A stretch of 64,000 nucleotides of DNA from an uncultured Actinomycetota bacterium (GTDB lineage Bacteria; Actinomycetota; Actinomycetes; Actinomycetales; Microbacteriaceae): assembly GCA_963756345.1 (NCBI GenBank), contig CAVWNM010000001.1, positions 24,773 to 88,772 of the forward strand, written 5' to 3'. The translations under genes and the position numbers were made by a program. Position 1 is the stretch's first letter. Every line of letters starts with the position of its first letter. The notes under the pieces were generated by a model. The model searched no databases, had not been told where the DNA came from, and saw only the letters and a program-made list of their open reading frames with translations. Below, piece by piece: positions 38,201 through 49,709 of this stretch.

Positions 38201-39031
38201 TTAGACGGAGTCGTTCGCGTAGTCGCCGATGCGGGCGGTGCGCATGACTCGCTCAAGCAACTGATCGAAGTTGCGTGCCATCTCCTGCGCGCTCTCGCCG
38301 GGCCAGACGTGCAAGGGCTTCGCGGCGCCCTGTGCCTGCTGCAGCGAGGTGCGTTCGGGAAGCTGCGGGCTGAGCACGAGCGGCCCGAACATGTCGCGCA
38401 ACTCTTTGATCCTGAACTGGTGCTCGAGCGACTGCGACCGAAGACGGTTGACGATAATGCCCAGCGGCTGAAGTCTCGGCGAGAGCCCCCGCCTGATCTC
38501 CTCGATCGCCCTCAACGCACGGTCGGCAGCGGCCACCGAGAACAGGCCAGGCTCGGTGACGATGGTGACCCTGTCGCTCGCGGCCCACGCGGTGCGGGTG
38601 AGCGCGTTCAGTGACGGGGCGCAGTCGATAAGCACGAGGTCGTAGTCGGCTTCGACATGAGCGAGCGCTTCTTCGAGCTTCCAGATATCGCGGATGCTCG
38701 GGTGAGGTCCATCAAAATTGATGGCTGACGGTGATCCGATCAGCACATCCACGGTCCCGGGCCGGCCCTTGGTCCAGCCGCTTGGCGCTATGGCCGCCCT
38801 GACAATTTTCTCCTTGGGGGAAGCGAGGACGTCGGCAATATTGAGATGCCCACCTACCTCGATATCCATACCGGTCGAGACATCGGATTGTGGGTCAAGA
38901 TCGACGACGAGGGTTCGAACGCCACGGGCAAACGCGGCTGAGGCGAGCCCGAGCGTCACGGTGGTCTTTCCCACGCCCCCTTTGAGGGAGCTGACGCTAA
39001 GTACATGCACGAGTAACGACGATACCTTCAC
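38201..39031 (-). CDS. ParA/Soj-family P-loop ATPase (orphan; no adjacent parB)
   Basis: Deviant Walker A SSLKGGVGKTT. Start is uncertain (GTG 39031 or GTG 39010). The ORF track extends to 39118. Confidence 0.75.
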   Translation of the reverse strand: MKVSSLLVHVLSVSSLKGGVGKTTVTLGLASAAFARGVRTLVVDLDPQSDVSTGMDIEVGGHLNIADVLASPKEKIVRAAIAPSGWTKGRPGTVDVLIGSPSAINFDGPHPSIRDIWKLEEALAHVEADYDLVLIDCAPSLNALTRTAWAASDRVTIVTEPGLFSVAAADRALRAIEEIRRGLSPRLQPLGIIVNRLRSQSLEHQFRIKELRDMFGPLVLSPQLPERTSLQQAQGAAKPLHVWPGESAQEMARNFDQLLERVMRTARIGDYANDSV

Positions 39032-39132
39032 TACTGTTGTAGAACCTAAATCATGGACGTATTTATGGCATCTGCTTGGGCAATTGCCAGCGTTTAGCTG
39101 CCTTAAGCTGGGCACCACCAGGAAAGGACCGG

Positions 39133-42100
39133 ATGTTCACGAAGATTCTCGTCGCCAATCGCGGTGAAATTGCGATTCGCGCCATGCGCGCAGCATTTGA
39201 GCTAGGGGCAAGGACTGTAGCGGTCTTCCCTTGGGAAGATCGCAACTCGATGCACCGTCTCAAGGCCGATGAGGCCTACCAGATTGGCGAAAAGGGTCAC
39301 CCTGTCCGGGCCTACCTCGATGTGAACGAGATCATCCGGGTGGCGAAGGAGTGCGGCGCAGACGCAATCTACCCCGGCTACGGCTTCCTTTCCGAGAATC
39401 CTGACCTGGCGCAGGCGGCCGCCGAGGCCGGCATCACTTTCATCGGTCCGCCCACGAGCGTTCTCGAGATGGCCGGCAACAAGGTCACGGCGAAGGCTCA
39501 CGCTATCGCCGCCGGCGTGCCGGTACTGAAGTCGACTCCTGCCTCCAACGACCTCGACGAGCTGCTCGCTGGCGCCGACGAGATCGGGTTCCCCATCTTC
39601 GCGAAGGCTGTCGCCGGTGGTGGCGGTCGCGGTATGCGCAGGGTTGAGACGAAGGACGCGCTTCGCGGAGCCCTCGAGGAAGCCATGCGCGAGGCAGACA
39701 GCGCCTTCGGTGACCCGACCATGTTCCTGGAGCAGGCCGTTGTTCGCCCGCGCCACATCGAGGTGCAGATCCTCGCCGACTCGCAGGGCAACACGGTGCA
39801 CCTGTTCGAGCGGGATTGTTCAGTGCAGCGTCGTCACCAGAAGGTGATCGAGATCGCGCCGGCGCCGAATCTCGACGAAGACATCCGTCAGGCCATGTAT
39901 CGCGACGCGATCGCGTTCGCGAAATCCATCAACTACGCCAACGCGGGCACCGTGGAATTTCTGCTCGACACCGCGGGGGAGCGTAAGGGCCAGCATTTCT
40001 TCATCGAGATGAACCCGCGAATCCAGGTCGAGCACACGGTGACCGAGGAGGTCACCGACGTTGACCTGGTGCAGTCGCAGATGCGCATCGCCTTCGGCGC
40101 AGTCGCTGGCTGATCTCGGGCTCGAACAGGAAAATCTCCGGCTTCGCGGCGCTGCGCTCCAGTGCCGCATCACGACGGAAGACCCCGCCTCCGGCTTCCG
40201 ACCTGACACCGGGAAGATCACGACCTACCGCTCACCGGGTGGGGCGGGAATCCGTCTCGACGGTGGAACCGTTGCCGCGGGCGCTCAGGTCTCGCCGCAC
40301 TTTGACTCCATGCTGGTGAAGATGACCTGCCGCGGTCGTGATTTCACCGCAGCCGTTACACGTGCCCGCCGAGGTCTGGCGGAGTTCCGTCTTCGTGGTG
40401 TCACCACGAACATCCCGTTCCTGCAGGCAGTGCTCGACGACGCAGACTTCATCGCGGGGGATCTGAGCACCTCGTTCATCGAGGAGCGACCGTGGCTCGT
40501 GAACGGCCGCCAGTCGAAAGACCGCGGTACGCGCATCCTGAACTGGCTTGCCGAGGTCACGGTGAACCAGCCAAACGGAAGCGGCGAGGGGCTCATCGAC
40601 CCGAAGCTGAAGCTGCCCGCGCTCGACCTTGACGCGCCAGCCCCCGCGGGTTCGCGCCAGCGGCTCCTTGAGCTCGGCCCGGTGGGATTCGCCAGTGCCC
40701 TTCGCGCCCAGGCACCGCTCGCGGTGACGGAGACGACCTTCCGTGATGCCCACCAGTCGCTTCTCGCGACCAGGGTGCGCACGCGCGACCTCGCGGCCGT
40801 GCTTCCGCATGTTGCGCGCCTCACCCCCGAGCTGTTGTCGGTGGAGGCCTGGGGTGGTGCCACCTACGACGTGGCTCTGAGATTCCTGGGTGAAGACCCG
40901 TGGGAGCGACTGTCGACCATGCGGGAGGCGCTGCCGAACATTGCCATCCAGATGTTGCTGCGCGGCCGCAACACGGTCGGATACACCCCGTATCCCACCG
41001 AGGTCACCGACGCTTTCGTTAATGAGGCCTCGGCCAGCGGTGTCGACATCTTCCGTATCTTCGACGCACTGAACGACGTCAACCAGATGCGGCCGGCGAT
41101 CGACGCGGTGCTTCAGACCGGCACCGGCGTCGCGGAAGTTGCCATGTGCTACACCGGCGACCTGCTCGACCCCGCCGAGAACCTCTACACGCTCGACTAC
41201 TACCTGCGTCTGGCCGAGCAAATGGTCGAAGCGGGTGCCCACATCCTCGCCGTGAAGGACATGGCTGGGCTGTTGCGTGCCGATGCAGCGTTCCAGCTCG
41301 TCAGTGCGTTGCGCGAGCGTTTCGACCTCCCCGTGCATGTGCACACCCACGACACTGCGGGTGGGCAGCTGGCCACGCTTCTCGCGGCGTCGCGCGCTGG
41401 TGCGGATGCGGTGGATGTGGCAAGCGCCCCCATGGCCGGAACGACCAGCCAGCCATCAGCGTCGGCTCTTGTCGCGGCCCTGGCCCACACCGATCGCGAC
41501 ACCGGGATCTCACTGCAGGCCGTCTCGGATCTCGAGCCGTACTGGGAGGCCGTTCGTCACGTCTACAAGCCGTTCGAGTCGGGACTGCCCGGCCCCACCG
41601 GCCGCGTCTACAAGCACGAAATCCCCGGGGGCCAGCTGTCCAACCTGCGCCAGCAGGCGATCTCGCTCGGGCTTGCCGACCACTTCGAGAAGATCGAAGA
41701 CCTGTACGCGGCCGCCAACCGCATGCTGGGGCGCCCTCCCAAGGTCACCCCGTCGTCAAAGGTGGTGGGCGACCTCGCCCTCGCCCTTGCTGCTGCCGAC
41801 GCAGACCCGGACGATTTCGAGCAGAACCCCGACAAGTACGACATCCCGGATTCCGTCATCGGATTCATGGCTGGCGAGCTCGGGGAGCTGCCCGGTGGAT
41901 GGCCCGAGCCGTTCCGCACGAAGGTTCTGAAGGGCCGCACCGTGAAGATCGGTGTCGAGCCGATTACGGAGGAAGACCAGAAGGCGCTCGAGGGTGACTC
42001 GCTGCAGCCGCCGCACCGCGCTGAACCGACTCCTGTTCGCAGGGCCGGCGAAGATCTTCGAGCAGGGACGCGATACCTACGGCGACCTCTCGGTACTCGA

Positions 42101-42533
42101 CACCCTCGACTACCTCTACGGCCTGCACCAGGGCGTCGAGCACGTGATGGAGATCGAAAAGGGCGTCAGCCTGTACATCGGACTCGAGGCAATCGGTGAG
42201 GCCGACAACAAGGGCATGCGCACCGTCATGGCCACCCTCAATGGCCAGTTGCGTCCGGTTTTCGTCCGCGACACCAGCATCAAGGTCGATATCAAGTCGG
42301 CCGAGAAGGCGGATGCCACAAAGCCGGGCCAGGTCGCAGCGCCGTTCTCAGGGGTGGTCACACTTCAGGTCGCGGAAGGTGACACGGTCGAGGTCGGCCA
42401 GAGCGTGGCATCCATCGAGGCCATGAAGATGGAGGCGGCAATCACCGCGAACGTCGCAGGCAGGGTGCTCCGGCTGGCCATTCCGAAGACACAACAGGTC
42501 GACGCGGGCGATTTGCTGGTCGTCATCGAGTAG
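39133..42533 (+). CDS. pyc: pyruvate carboxylase, with 2 apparent frameshifts (near 40090-40110 and 41990-42020)
   Basis: Biotin carboxylase domain from ATG 39133 (MFTKILVANRGEIAIRA...). Carboxyltransferase domain in ORF 40061..42199. C-terminal biotinyl domain with AMKM motif in ORF 41952..42533. Confidence 0.85.
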
Positions 42534-42610
42534 CCGATCGGGGGTGGCTGGCTCTCAGCAGACTCGTAGGTGAGGATAATATCGAAGTCATACCCGGAAA
42601 ACTTGGGTGT

Positions 42611-44067
42611 TTGCACCGAAAGGGATCGACTTTGGTTAACCGCCGCAGCACCGAGGATGACGACGCTTCGCCAGACTTGGTCGATTCACTCGAGGACGAC
42701 TCGACAAATCCCGAACCGCAGGATGAGTCGGAGTCGAGCGAAGAGCCGGTAGCGACGAGTCCGCCAGCGACGAGTCCGCCAGCGACGAGTCCGCCAGCGA
42801 CGAGGTCGCGGTGATCGGTCATGACGAGCCCGAGCCCGAGCCCGAGCCCGAGACGGAAAGCGTCACATTCACCATGTCGCTGCCCGTGCAGGTGCGTGTA
42901 ACTCCGGATGACGAGGTTGCGGTGTCGATCTCGGAAGTCGCCATCAACCCCGACTACATGGATGTCTCAGGCCCGGCCACGACGACGGTCACCATGATGG
43001 CCGAGCAGGTCGCGACCATGCCCGAGACAACGACGGATGAGGTTGTCATCCCGGCACTCCCGACGGCGGACGATGTCTACACACGTCGCGGGCGGCAGCG
43101 CGGCGAGATCTCGGCGGCCCCCGAACCCGCCACGATGCTCACCGCTGAGCGCCTGATCGCCAGGGGCAAAGGGAGAAGGAACCCGGCGCCCGAAGGTTTC
43201 TGGCAGCACTTCCTGTACACGGCGACGTTCCACAATGTGAATGTCGGAGACTCGTTTTCCGCGCGCCATCGCAAATCCGTTGATGCTCGAATCAGCAAGT
43301 CCTTCGAGGGCAGCACGCGGTTTGTGGCTGTGTTGACTCGCAAGGGCGGCGTTGGCAAGACCACCATCTCGGCGCTGCTGGGCATGGCAATGGCCGACGT
43401 CCGCGAGGACAGGGTCATCGCGATCGATGCAAACCCCGACCGCGGAACCCTGGCGGAGCGCATCACCAAAAACACCCGAGCTACGGTCCGTGACGTGATC
43501 ACCCGAGCACGCTCGGTCAGCACCTTCAGCGAATTCCAGACGCTGATCTCCCGGGACGAGACCAGGATGGACGTGCTGGCGTCAGACGCAGATCCAACCG
43601 TGTCTGAGGCTTTCGATGAGGACGACTACAACGTCGTCGCCGACATCGCCGAGCGTTTCTACTCTGTTGCGATCACCGACTGCGGCACAGGCATGCTGCA
43701 CTCCGCCATGAGCGCGACTCTGCAGCGGGCAGACTCCATCATCATCGTCTCCGGGGGAAGCGTTGATGAGGCGAGGCTCGCCTCGGAGACGCTGACCTGG
43801 CTTGAGTCGAACGGGTACCCAGAGCTGGTCAAGAACGCCGTCGTCGCACTCAACACCGCGACGCATGGCACCAACCTGGTGAAGCTCGAAGAGATCGAGG
43901 CACATTTCCAGTCGAGGGTCAGGGCCATTGCGCGCATCCCATACGATTCGTCCCTCGCCACGGGCTCGGTGATCAGGTATTACTCGCTCAAGCCAAACAC
44001 GCGCAACGCCGCGCGGGAGTTGGCTGCCATCGTCGTCGATGGCCTCGACGCGCAGCGGACATCCTGA
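42611..44067 (+). CDS. MinD/ParA-like P-loop ATPase with long acidic, repeat-containing N-terminal extension; apparent frameshift near 42745
   Basis: ATPase core in ORF 42811..44067 (VAVLTRKGGVGKTT). The upstream ORF 42611..42814 is acidic low-complexity. In the downstream frame the repeats read DESASDESASDESASDEVAVIGHDEPEPEPEPE. That continues the acidic tract, so one protein with a 1-nt indel is more likely than two genes. Confidence 0.55.
42751..42853. repeat. in-frame coding microsatellites: 15-bp unit GCGACGAGTCCGCCA x about 3.3, followed by (GAGCCC) x about 5
   Basis: Read directly. Both unit lengths are multiples of 3. They encode (DESAS)n and (EP)n in the frame of the downstream MinD-like ORF. 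Confidence 0.7.
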
Positions 44068-44071
44068 ATCG

Positions 44072-44563
44072 ATGACCGAACGACAAATCCGCGTATTCGG
44101 CGATCCAGTACTGCGCTCGGCATGTGACCCGATAAAAATCGGGGACCCCAGGGCGACTGCGCTCATCGAGGACCTTCTCGAGACGGTGAAGCTGCCGGGG
44201 CGGGCGGGCGTCGCGGCGAACCAGATCGGCGTCGGCCTCAGGGCGTTCAGCTACAACATCGACGGCGTCGTTGGCTACATCATCAACCCGATCCTGGTCG
44301 AGGTGTCGGGGGAGGCCGACCTGGTCGACGAGGGCTGCCTCTCTGTTCCCGGGTTCTATTTCCCGCGCATGCGCCACCCATTCGCGCGAGTGACGGGTGT
44401 GGATCTCGAGGGACACCCGATCGAGCTCAGCGGAGAAGGCCTCATGGCGCAGGCGCTCCAGCACGAGACCGATCATCTCGACGGGCACCTGTTCATCGAG
44501 GGGCTTGAGCCCGCAACGAAGAAGGAGGCCATGCGGTTGATCCGCACGGCCCCCTGGTACTAG
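44072..44563 (+). CDS. def: peptide deformylase
   Basis: GxGxAAxQ (GVAANQIG), EGCLS and HETDH motifs. Start ATG 44072. Confidence 0.9.
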   Translation: MTERQIRVFGDPVLRSACDPIKIGDPRATALIEDLLETVKLPGRAGVAANQIGVGLRAFSYNIDGVVGYIINPILVEVSGEADLVDEGCLSVPGFYFPRMRHPFARVTGVDLEGHPIELSGEGLMAQALQHETDHLDGHLFIEGLEPATKKEAMRLIRTAPWY

Positions 44564-44581
44564 CCTTCCGGCCCTACTGGC

Positions 44582-46408
44582 TCAGAGGGAGATTCCCTCT
44601 GTCTCGGGAGCGCCTGCGCCCGTGTACATGCTCTCGATCGAGTCGGCGAAATCCTTCAGGATCACGTTGCGTTTGATGCTCATCTTCGGTGTCAGGTGAC
44701 CACTCGCCTCGGTGAGTGTTGCATCGAGGATGGTGAACTTGCGGATCGACTCGGCGCGCGAGACCTGTGAGTTCGCGGCGTCAACGGCGGCTTGCACCTC
44801 TGCAATGACCTTCGGGTCTTTCGCTGCCTCTGATATCGACATCGTGGCGTCGAGGTCGTTGTTGTTCAGCCACACCGGCAGCATTTCATCATCGAGAGTG
44901 ATGAGAGCGGCGATGAACGGCTTCTGGTCGCCCACAACAATGACCTGACCGATGATCGGGTTGGCCCTGATGGGGTCTTCCAGCACCGCTGGAGCAACCT
45001 TCTTTCCTCCTGCGGTCGCGATGATTTCTTTCTTGCGACCGGTGATCTCGAGGTATCCGTCCTCGTCGAATACGCCGATGTCTCCGGTGCGGAACCACTC
45101 ACCGTCGAAGGATTCAGCGGTGGCCGCCTCGTTGTTCCAGTAGCCGGCGAAAACGTCGACGCCCTTCGCCTGGATCTCTCCGTCTTCGGCGATGCGCACC
45201 GAGACGCCGGGGAGTGGCGGCCCGACCTTGCCGATCTTGAAGTTGGATGCGAGGTTGACTGAGATGGGCGCCGTGGTCTCGGTGAGGCCATATCCCTCGA
45301 GGATGGTGAGCCCGAGGCTGCGGTAGAAATGTCCGAGTCGAAGGCCGAGCGGAGCCGAGCCAGAGACCGCATATTTCACGCGACCGCCGAGGGCCGCGCG
45401 GATCTTGCTCAGCACGAGGCGGTCGAACAGCGCGAACTGGATGCTCAGCCCAAGGGGTACGTGACCGGCGTCTACGGCCTTGGAGTGGGCAATGGCAACC
45501 TGGGCAGCCTTGCGGAAGATCTTGCCCTTGCCGCCGGCTTCAGCCTTCTGCTCCGACGAGTTGTAGACCTTCTCGAAGACGCGCGGCACAGCCAGAAGGA
45601 ATGTCGGTTTGAAGGAGCCCATGGACGGCAGCAGCAGCTTCGTGTCTGCCTGGTGCCCGACCTTCACGCCACCGTGAACCGAGAGAACTGCGATGAAGCG
45701 AGCGAAAACGTGCGCCATGGTGATGAACAGCAGCGTGCTCGACTCAGGGTTCACCACCTCCGGGATAGCCCTGGCCGAGTTGCGGCAGGTCTCAACGAAG
45801 TTTGAGTGAGTCAGGATGCAACCCTTGGGCTTTCCGGTGGTTCCGGAGGTGTAGATCAGTGTCGCCAGATCGGCGCCAGTGGCCAGGTTGCGGCGGCGCT
45901 CGATCTCCTCATCAGCAATTCCGACGCCAGCCGCAGCCAGCTTGTCAAGGTCGCCCACGTCGAGCTTCCAGCTGTGGGTGACCGCGGGAACGTCGTCGCG
46001 AATTTCGTCGAATCGGGCGAAGTGGTCAGCGGTCTCGGTGATGATGCCGATGGCACCCGAGTCCGTCAGGTTCCACAGGATCTGGCTTGGGGCGGAGGTG
46101 TCGTAGATCGGCACCAGAACAGCGCCGGCGAACCAGACCGCGAAGTCAATCAGACTCCACTCATAGCTCGTCTTGCACATGATGCCGATCCTGTCGCCAG
46201 GCTCGACGCCGGCGGCGACGAACCCCTTGGATAGGGCTATCACCTGCGCAAGGAACTCGGCAGCTGTGACATCGGACCAGCCACCGTCGTCGGTGGGGAT
46301 CGCAAACAGCGCGCTATCCGGAGTCGCCTTGACCCTCTCGATTAGCAGGTCAGTCGTGTTGGCTGACGGGTCAGCTTCTACAAGGGCGGGAACGTCGAAT
46401 TGTTTCAC
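44582..46408 (-). CDS. fadD: long-chain-fatty-acid--CoA ligase (AMP-binding, FadD15-like)
   Basis: AMP-binding motifs (TSGTTGKPKG). GTG start at about 46408 (MKQFDVPALVEA) preceded by an AAAGGAG ribosome-binding site. The ORF track extends to 46666. Confidence 0.8.
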   Translation of the reverse strand: MKQFDVPALVEADPSANTTDLLIERVKATPDSALFAIPTDDGGWSDVTAAEFLAQVIALSKGFVAAGVEPGDRIGIMCKTSYEWSLIDFAVWFAGAVLVPIYDTSAPSQILWNLTDSGAIGIITETADHFARFDEIRDDVPAVTHSWKLDVGDLDKLAAAGVGIADEEIERRRNLATGADLATLIYTSGTTGKPKGCILTHSNFVETCRNSARAIPEVVNPESSTLLFITMAHVFARFIAVLSVHGGVKVGHQADTKLLLPSMGSFKPTFLLAVPRVFEKVYNSSEQKAEAGGKGKIFRKAAQVAIAHSKAVDAGHVPLGLSIQFALFDRLVLSKIRAALGGRVKYAVSGSAPLGLRLGHFYRSLGLTILEGYGLTETTAPISVNLASNFKIGKVGPPLPGVSVRIAEDGEIQAKGVDVFAGYWNNEAATAESFDGEWFRTGDIGVFDEDGYLEITGRKKEIIATAGGKKVAPAVLEDPIRANPIIGQVIVVGDQKPFIAALITLDDEMLPVWLNNNDLDATMSISEAAKDPKVIAEVQAAVDAANSQVSRAESIRKFTILDATLTEASGHLTPKMSIKRNVILKDFADSIESMYTGAGAPETEGISL

Positions 46409-46544
46409 GGCAACTCCTTTGGCACCGGTCGGGGCTTTAATACCCCAGTCTAGGGTGCCCACCGTGGGGTTAGCGGGCGTCATGGGCCGCGCCGACGGGT
46501 GGCGGGGGAGTGCTGCGGCGCCGCCTTCGCTAAACTCGGGAATC

Positions 46545-47490
46545 GTGCAAGCAATAGGAATTGACATCGGTGGAACCAAGATCGCGGGCGCCGTGGTGAC
46601 AGAGGGCGGCCTCATCATCGATGAGGAGAGAGTCGCCACCAATGCCGGCGATTCAGAGGCCATCATCGAGGCTGTGGTCGAGATGGTGCAGAGTCTGGCC
46701 AGTCGTCATCCCGTGAGCGCAGTGGGTGTAGCTGCGCCCGGCTTCATCGATGTCGAACAGTCGACGGTGTACTACACGCCCAATATCAACTGGCGGAATG
46801 AGCCACTGCGGGATCGCCTCACGTCCAGACTTGCGCTCCCCGTCACGATCGACAATGACGCGAACGCTGCCGGGTGGGCCGAGTTCAGGTTCGGCGCGGG
46901 GCGAACCGTCAACGACATGACCATGCTGACCATCGGGACAGGGGTCGGCGGAGCCATTGTCACCCGCGGCGCCCTGTTCCGCGGAGGCTTCGGCACGGGC
47001 GCCGAAATCGGCCACATGCGAATCGTCCCCAACGGGTTGCCCTGCGGTTGCGGAGCCCGCGGCTGCATCGAACAGTACGGTTCAGGGCGCGCACTTCTCA
47101 GAATGGCGAACGAGATCGCCGATGTCGGCGGAATCGGTCTGCCGCTGGCAGAGGCCAGGCGACTTGAGGGCGAGTTGGACGGCGCGATCGTGGGCGCCTT
47201 CATCTCCGAGAGAGACCCTGGCGCGCTTCGAGCCCTGGAGCAGCTGGGTCACTGGCTCGGCCAGGCGTGTGCCTCGCTCAGCGCGGTGCTTGACCCCGAG
47301 AGTTTTCGTGTTCGGCGGCGGAGTCTCCGTAGCCGGTGACCTGCTGCTCGACCCGATTCGGGATTCATACCGCGAGAATTTGCCGGCTCGCGGCTACCAC
47401 CCCGAGCCCGAGTTCGTCATCGCCGAGCTCGTCAATAACGCAGGCGTGGTCGGTGCCGCAGATCTTGCTCGGTCGAGCCTGCTCGCCTGA
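46545..47490 (+). CDS. ROK-family glucokinase, apparent frameshift near 47285-47310
   Basis: IGIDIGGTKIAGAVV N-terminus. ROK CxCGxxGC zinc motif (CGCGARGCIE). C-terminal part (VFGGGVSVAGDLLLDPI) in ORF 46957..47490. GTG start about 46545. Confidence 0.75.
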
Positions 47491-47561
47491 GCCGCCTCAA
47501 CGAGCAAGAGCCGTTCGTCTGCGGCATTAGAGTAGAGAATTCCCGGTCGGAGGTTGGTGCG

Positions 47562-48251
47562 ATGTTCTACTGGTTCATGAAGAATCTGGTGGCTGGACCG
47601 CTGATAAAGACGGTATTCAGACCGTGGGTCGTTGGGCTCGAAAACATCCCCAAGACCGGCGGGGTCATCCTCGCCAGCAATCACCTGTCGTTCATCGACT
47701 CGGTCTTTCTGCCGCTTCTCATCGATCGTCGAATCTATTTCCTTGCAAAGAGTGACTATTTCACGGGCAAGGGATTCAAGAACTGGGCGGTCAAGCATTT
47801 TCTGCTCGGCACCGGCATGCTGCCGATCGATCGCTCGGGTGGCAAGGCCTCCGAGGCGTCGCTCAATACCGGATTGGCCGTCCTCCAGCAGGGCAAGGTT
47901 CTCGGGATCTATCCGGAAGGCACCCGCAGCCCTGACGGCAAGATGTATCGCGGTCGCACAGGCGTCGCTCGCATGATTCTCGAGGGTCACGTTCCGGTGG
48001 TGCCGGTCGCCATGGTCGACACCGAAAAGGTCATGCCGATCGGAAGCACGATTCCGAAGGTGCGCCGCATCGGGGTCGTTTTCGGTGAACCGCTCGACTT
48101 TTCCCGGTTTCAGGGGATGGAAAGTGACAGGTTTATCCTGCGCTCCATCACCGACGAGATCATGTACGAGCTCAGCAGGATCAGCGGACAGGAATATGCG
48201 GACGTCTATGCCAGTTCGGTCAAGGAGAAGAAGGCTCCTCGAAGCCGATAG
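47562..48251 (+). CDS. plsC: 1-acyl-sn-glycerol-3-phosphate acyltransferase
   Basis: HX4D motif (NHLSFIDS) and PEGTR motif. Confidence 0.85.
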   Translation: MFYWFMKNLVAGPLIKTVFRPWVVGLENIPKTGGVILASNHLSFIDSVFLPLLIDRRIYFLAKSDYFTGKGFKNWAVKHFLLGTGMLPIDRSGGKASEASLNTGLAVLQQGKVLGIYPEGTRSPDGKMYRGRTGVARMILEGHVPVVPVAMVDTEKVMPIGSTIPKVRRIGVVFGEPLDFSRFQGMESDRFILRSITDEIMYELSRISGQEYADVYASSVKEKKAPRSR

Positions 48252-48319
48252 GCTTTGCGGGGCTTCGCGCCCAGTTCGCGCCTGATTGCACTAATTCGTC
48301 ACAGCTAAGGAATCATCTC

Positions 48320-49690
48320 GTGGTTGACCCGTCCGAACCCGTAGTACTCGCCGATCCAGATGTGATTGCGGGAATGGACAACTGGCGGACGCTTCCCATC
48401 AAGCAGCAGCCGGAATGGCCCAACCCGGATGCCGTCGGCGCAGCATCCGCCAAGATCGCCAGCCTTCCGCCTCTGGTCTTCGCCGGCGAAGTAGATGTGC
48501 TGCGCGAGCGACTCGCGCGTGCTGCCCAGGGCGACGCCTTCCTGCTGCAGGGTGGGGACTGTGCCGAGACATTTGCGGGAGCTACCGCCCAGAACATCCG
48601 CGACAGGGTCAAGACGATCCTTCAGATGGCGGTCGTACTCACCTACGGTGCATCCAAGCCGATCATCAAGATGGGCCGCATGGCTGGCCAGTTCGCGAAG
48701 CCACGCTCCAGCGACACCGAAACGCGCGGCGACGTCACGCTGCCCGCGTACCGGGGCGACATCGTCAACGGTTTCGATTTCACCCCAGAGTCTCGTGAGG
48801 CCGACCCCGCGCGACTGGTCGAGGGTTACCACACGGCGGCATCGACGCTGAATCTCGTTCGCGCCTTCACACAGGGTGGCTTCGCTGACCTGCGCCAGGT
48901 GCACTCGTGGAACAAGGGCTTCGCACAGAACCCGGCAAACCACGCCTACGAGAAGGTCGCCAGCGAGATTGACAGGGCGATCAAGTTCATGGAGGCGGCC
49001 GGTGCCGACTTCGATGAACTGAAGCGGGTCGAGTTCTACTCCAGCCATGAGGGTCTGCTCATGGACTACGAGCGCCCGATGACTCGCATCGACTCACGTA
49101 CGGGAACGCCGTACAACACCAGCGCACACTTCCTGTGGATCGGTGAGCGCACCCGCGATCTCGATGGCGCCCATGTGGACTACTTCTCGCGCGTTCGCAA
49201 CCCGATCGGCGTCAAGCTCGGCCCGTCGACGAGCGCCGACGACATGGAGCGGTTGATCGACAAGCTCGACCCGAACCGCGAACCGGGTCGTTTGACCTTC
49301 ATCACCCGAATGGGTGCTGGCAAGGTTCGCGACGCGCTGCCGCCGCTTCTGGAAGCGATCAAGGGTATGGATGCCACGCCGCTGTGGGTCTCAGACCCGA
49401 TGCACGGCAACGGACTCACCACCCCGAACGGCTACAAGACCCGTCGCTTCGACGATGTCGTCGACGAGGTCAAGGGATTCTTCGAAGCGCACAGTGCTGC
49501 GGGAACCTACCCCGGCGGCATCCACATCGAGCTGACCGGCGACGACGTCACGGAGTGCCTCGGTGGCTCCGAGCAGATCGATGAGGCGACGCTCGCGACG
49601 CGCTACGAGTCGCTGTGCGACCCGCGACTGAACCACATGCAGTCGCTCGAGTTGGCATTCCTGGTGGCCGAGGAACTCACGGCGTTCTAG
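48320..49690 (+). CDS. aroG: class II 3-deoxy-7-phosphoheptulonate (DAHP) synthase
   Basis: 456 aa with plant/actinobacterial class II AroAII architecture and motifs. Confidence 0.85.
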   Translation: MVDPSEPVVLADPDVIAGMDNWRTLPIKQQPEWPNPDAVGAASAKIASLPPLVFAGEVDVLRERLARAAQGDAFLLQGGDCAETFAGATAQNIRDRVKTILQMAVVLTYGASKPIIKMGRMAGQFAKPRSSDTETRGDVTLPAYRGDIVNGFDFTPESREADPARLVEGYHTAASTLNLVRAFTQGGFADLRQVHSWNKGFAQNPANHAYEKVASEIDRAIKFMEAAGADFDELKRVEFYSSHEGLLMDYERPMTRIDSRTGTPYNTSAHFLWIGERTRDLDGAHVDYFSRVRNPIGVKLGPSTSADDMERLIDKLDPNREPGRLTFITRMGAGKVRDALPPLLEAIKGMDATPLWVSDPMHGNGLTTPNGYKTRRFDDVVDEVKGFFEAHSAAGTYPGGIHIELTGDDVTECLGGSEQIDEATLATRYESLCDPRLNHMQSLELAFLVAEELTAF

Positions 49691-49709
49691 CCAGCACGTT
49701 CGATCGGCG

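Noticed and set aside
44583-44601. Hairpin CAGAGGG-AGATT-CCCTCTG between convergent def and fadD.
   Set aside because: It lies inside the last codons of fadD with no U-tract. This is weak evidence for a terminator.
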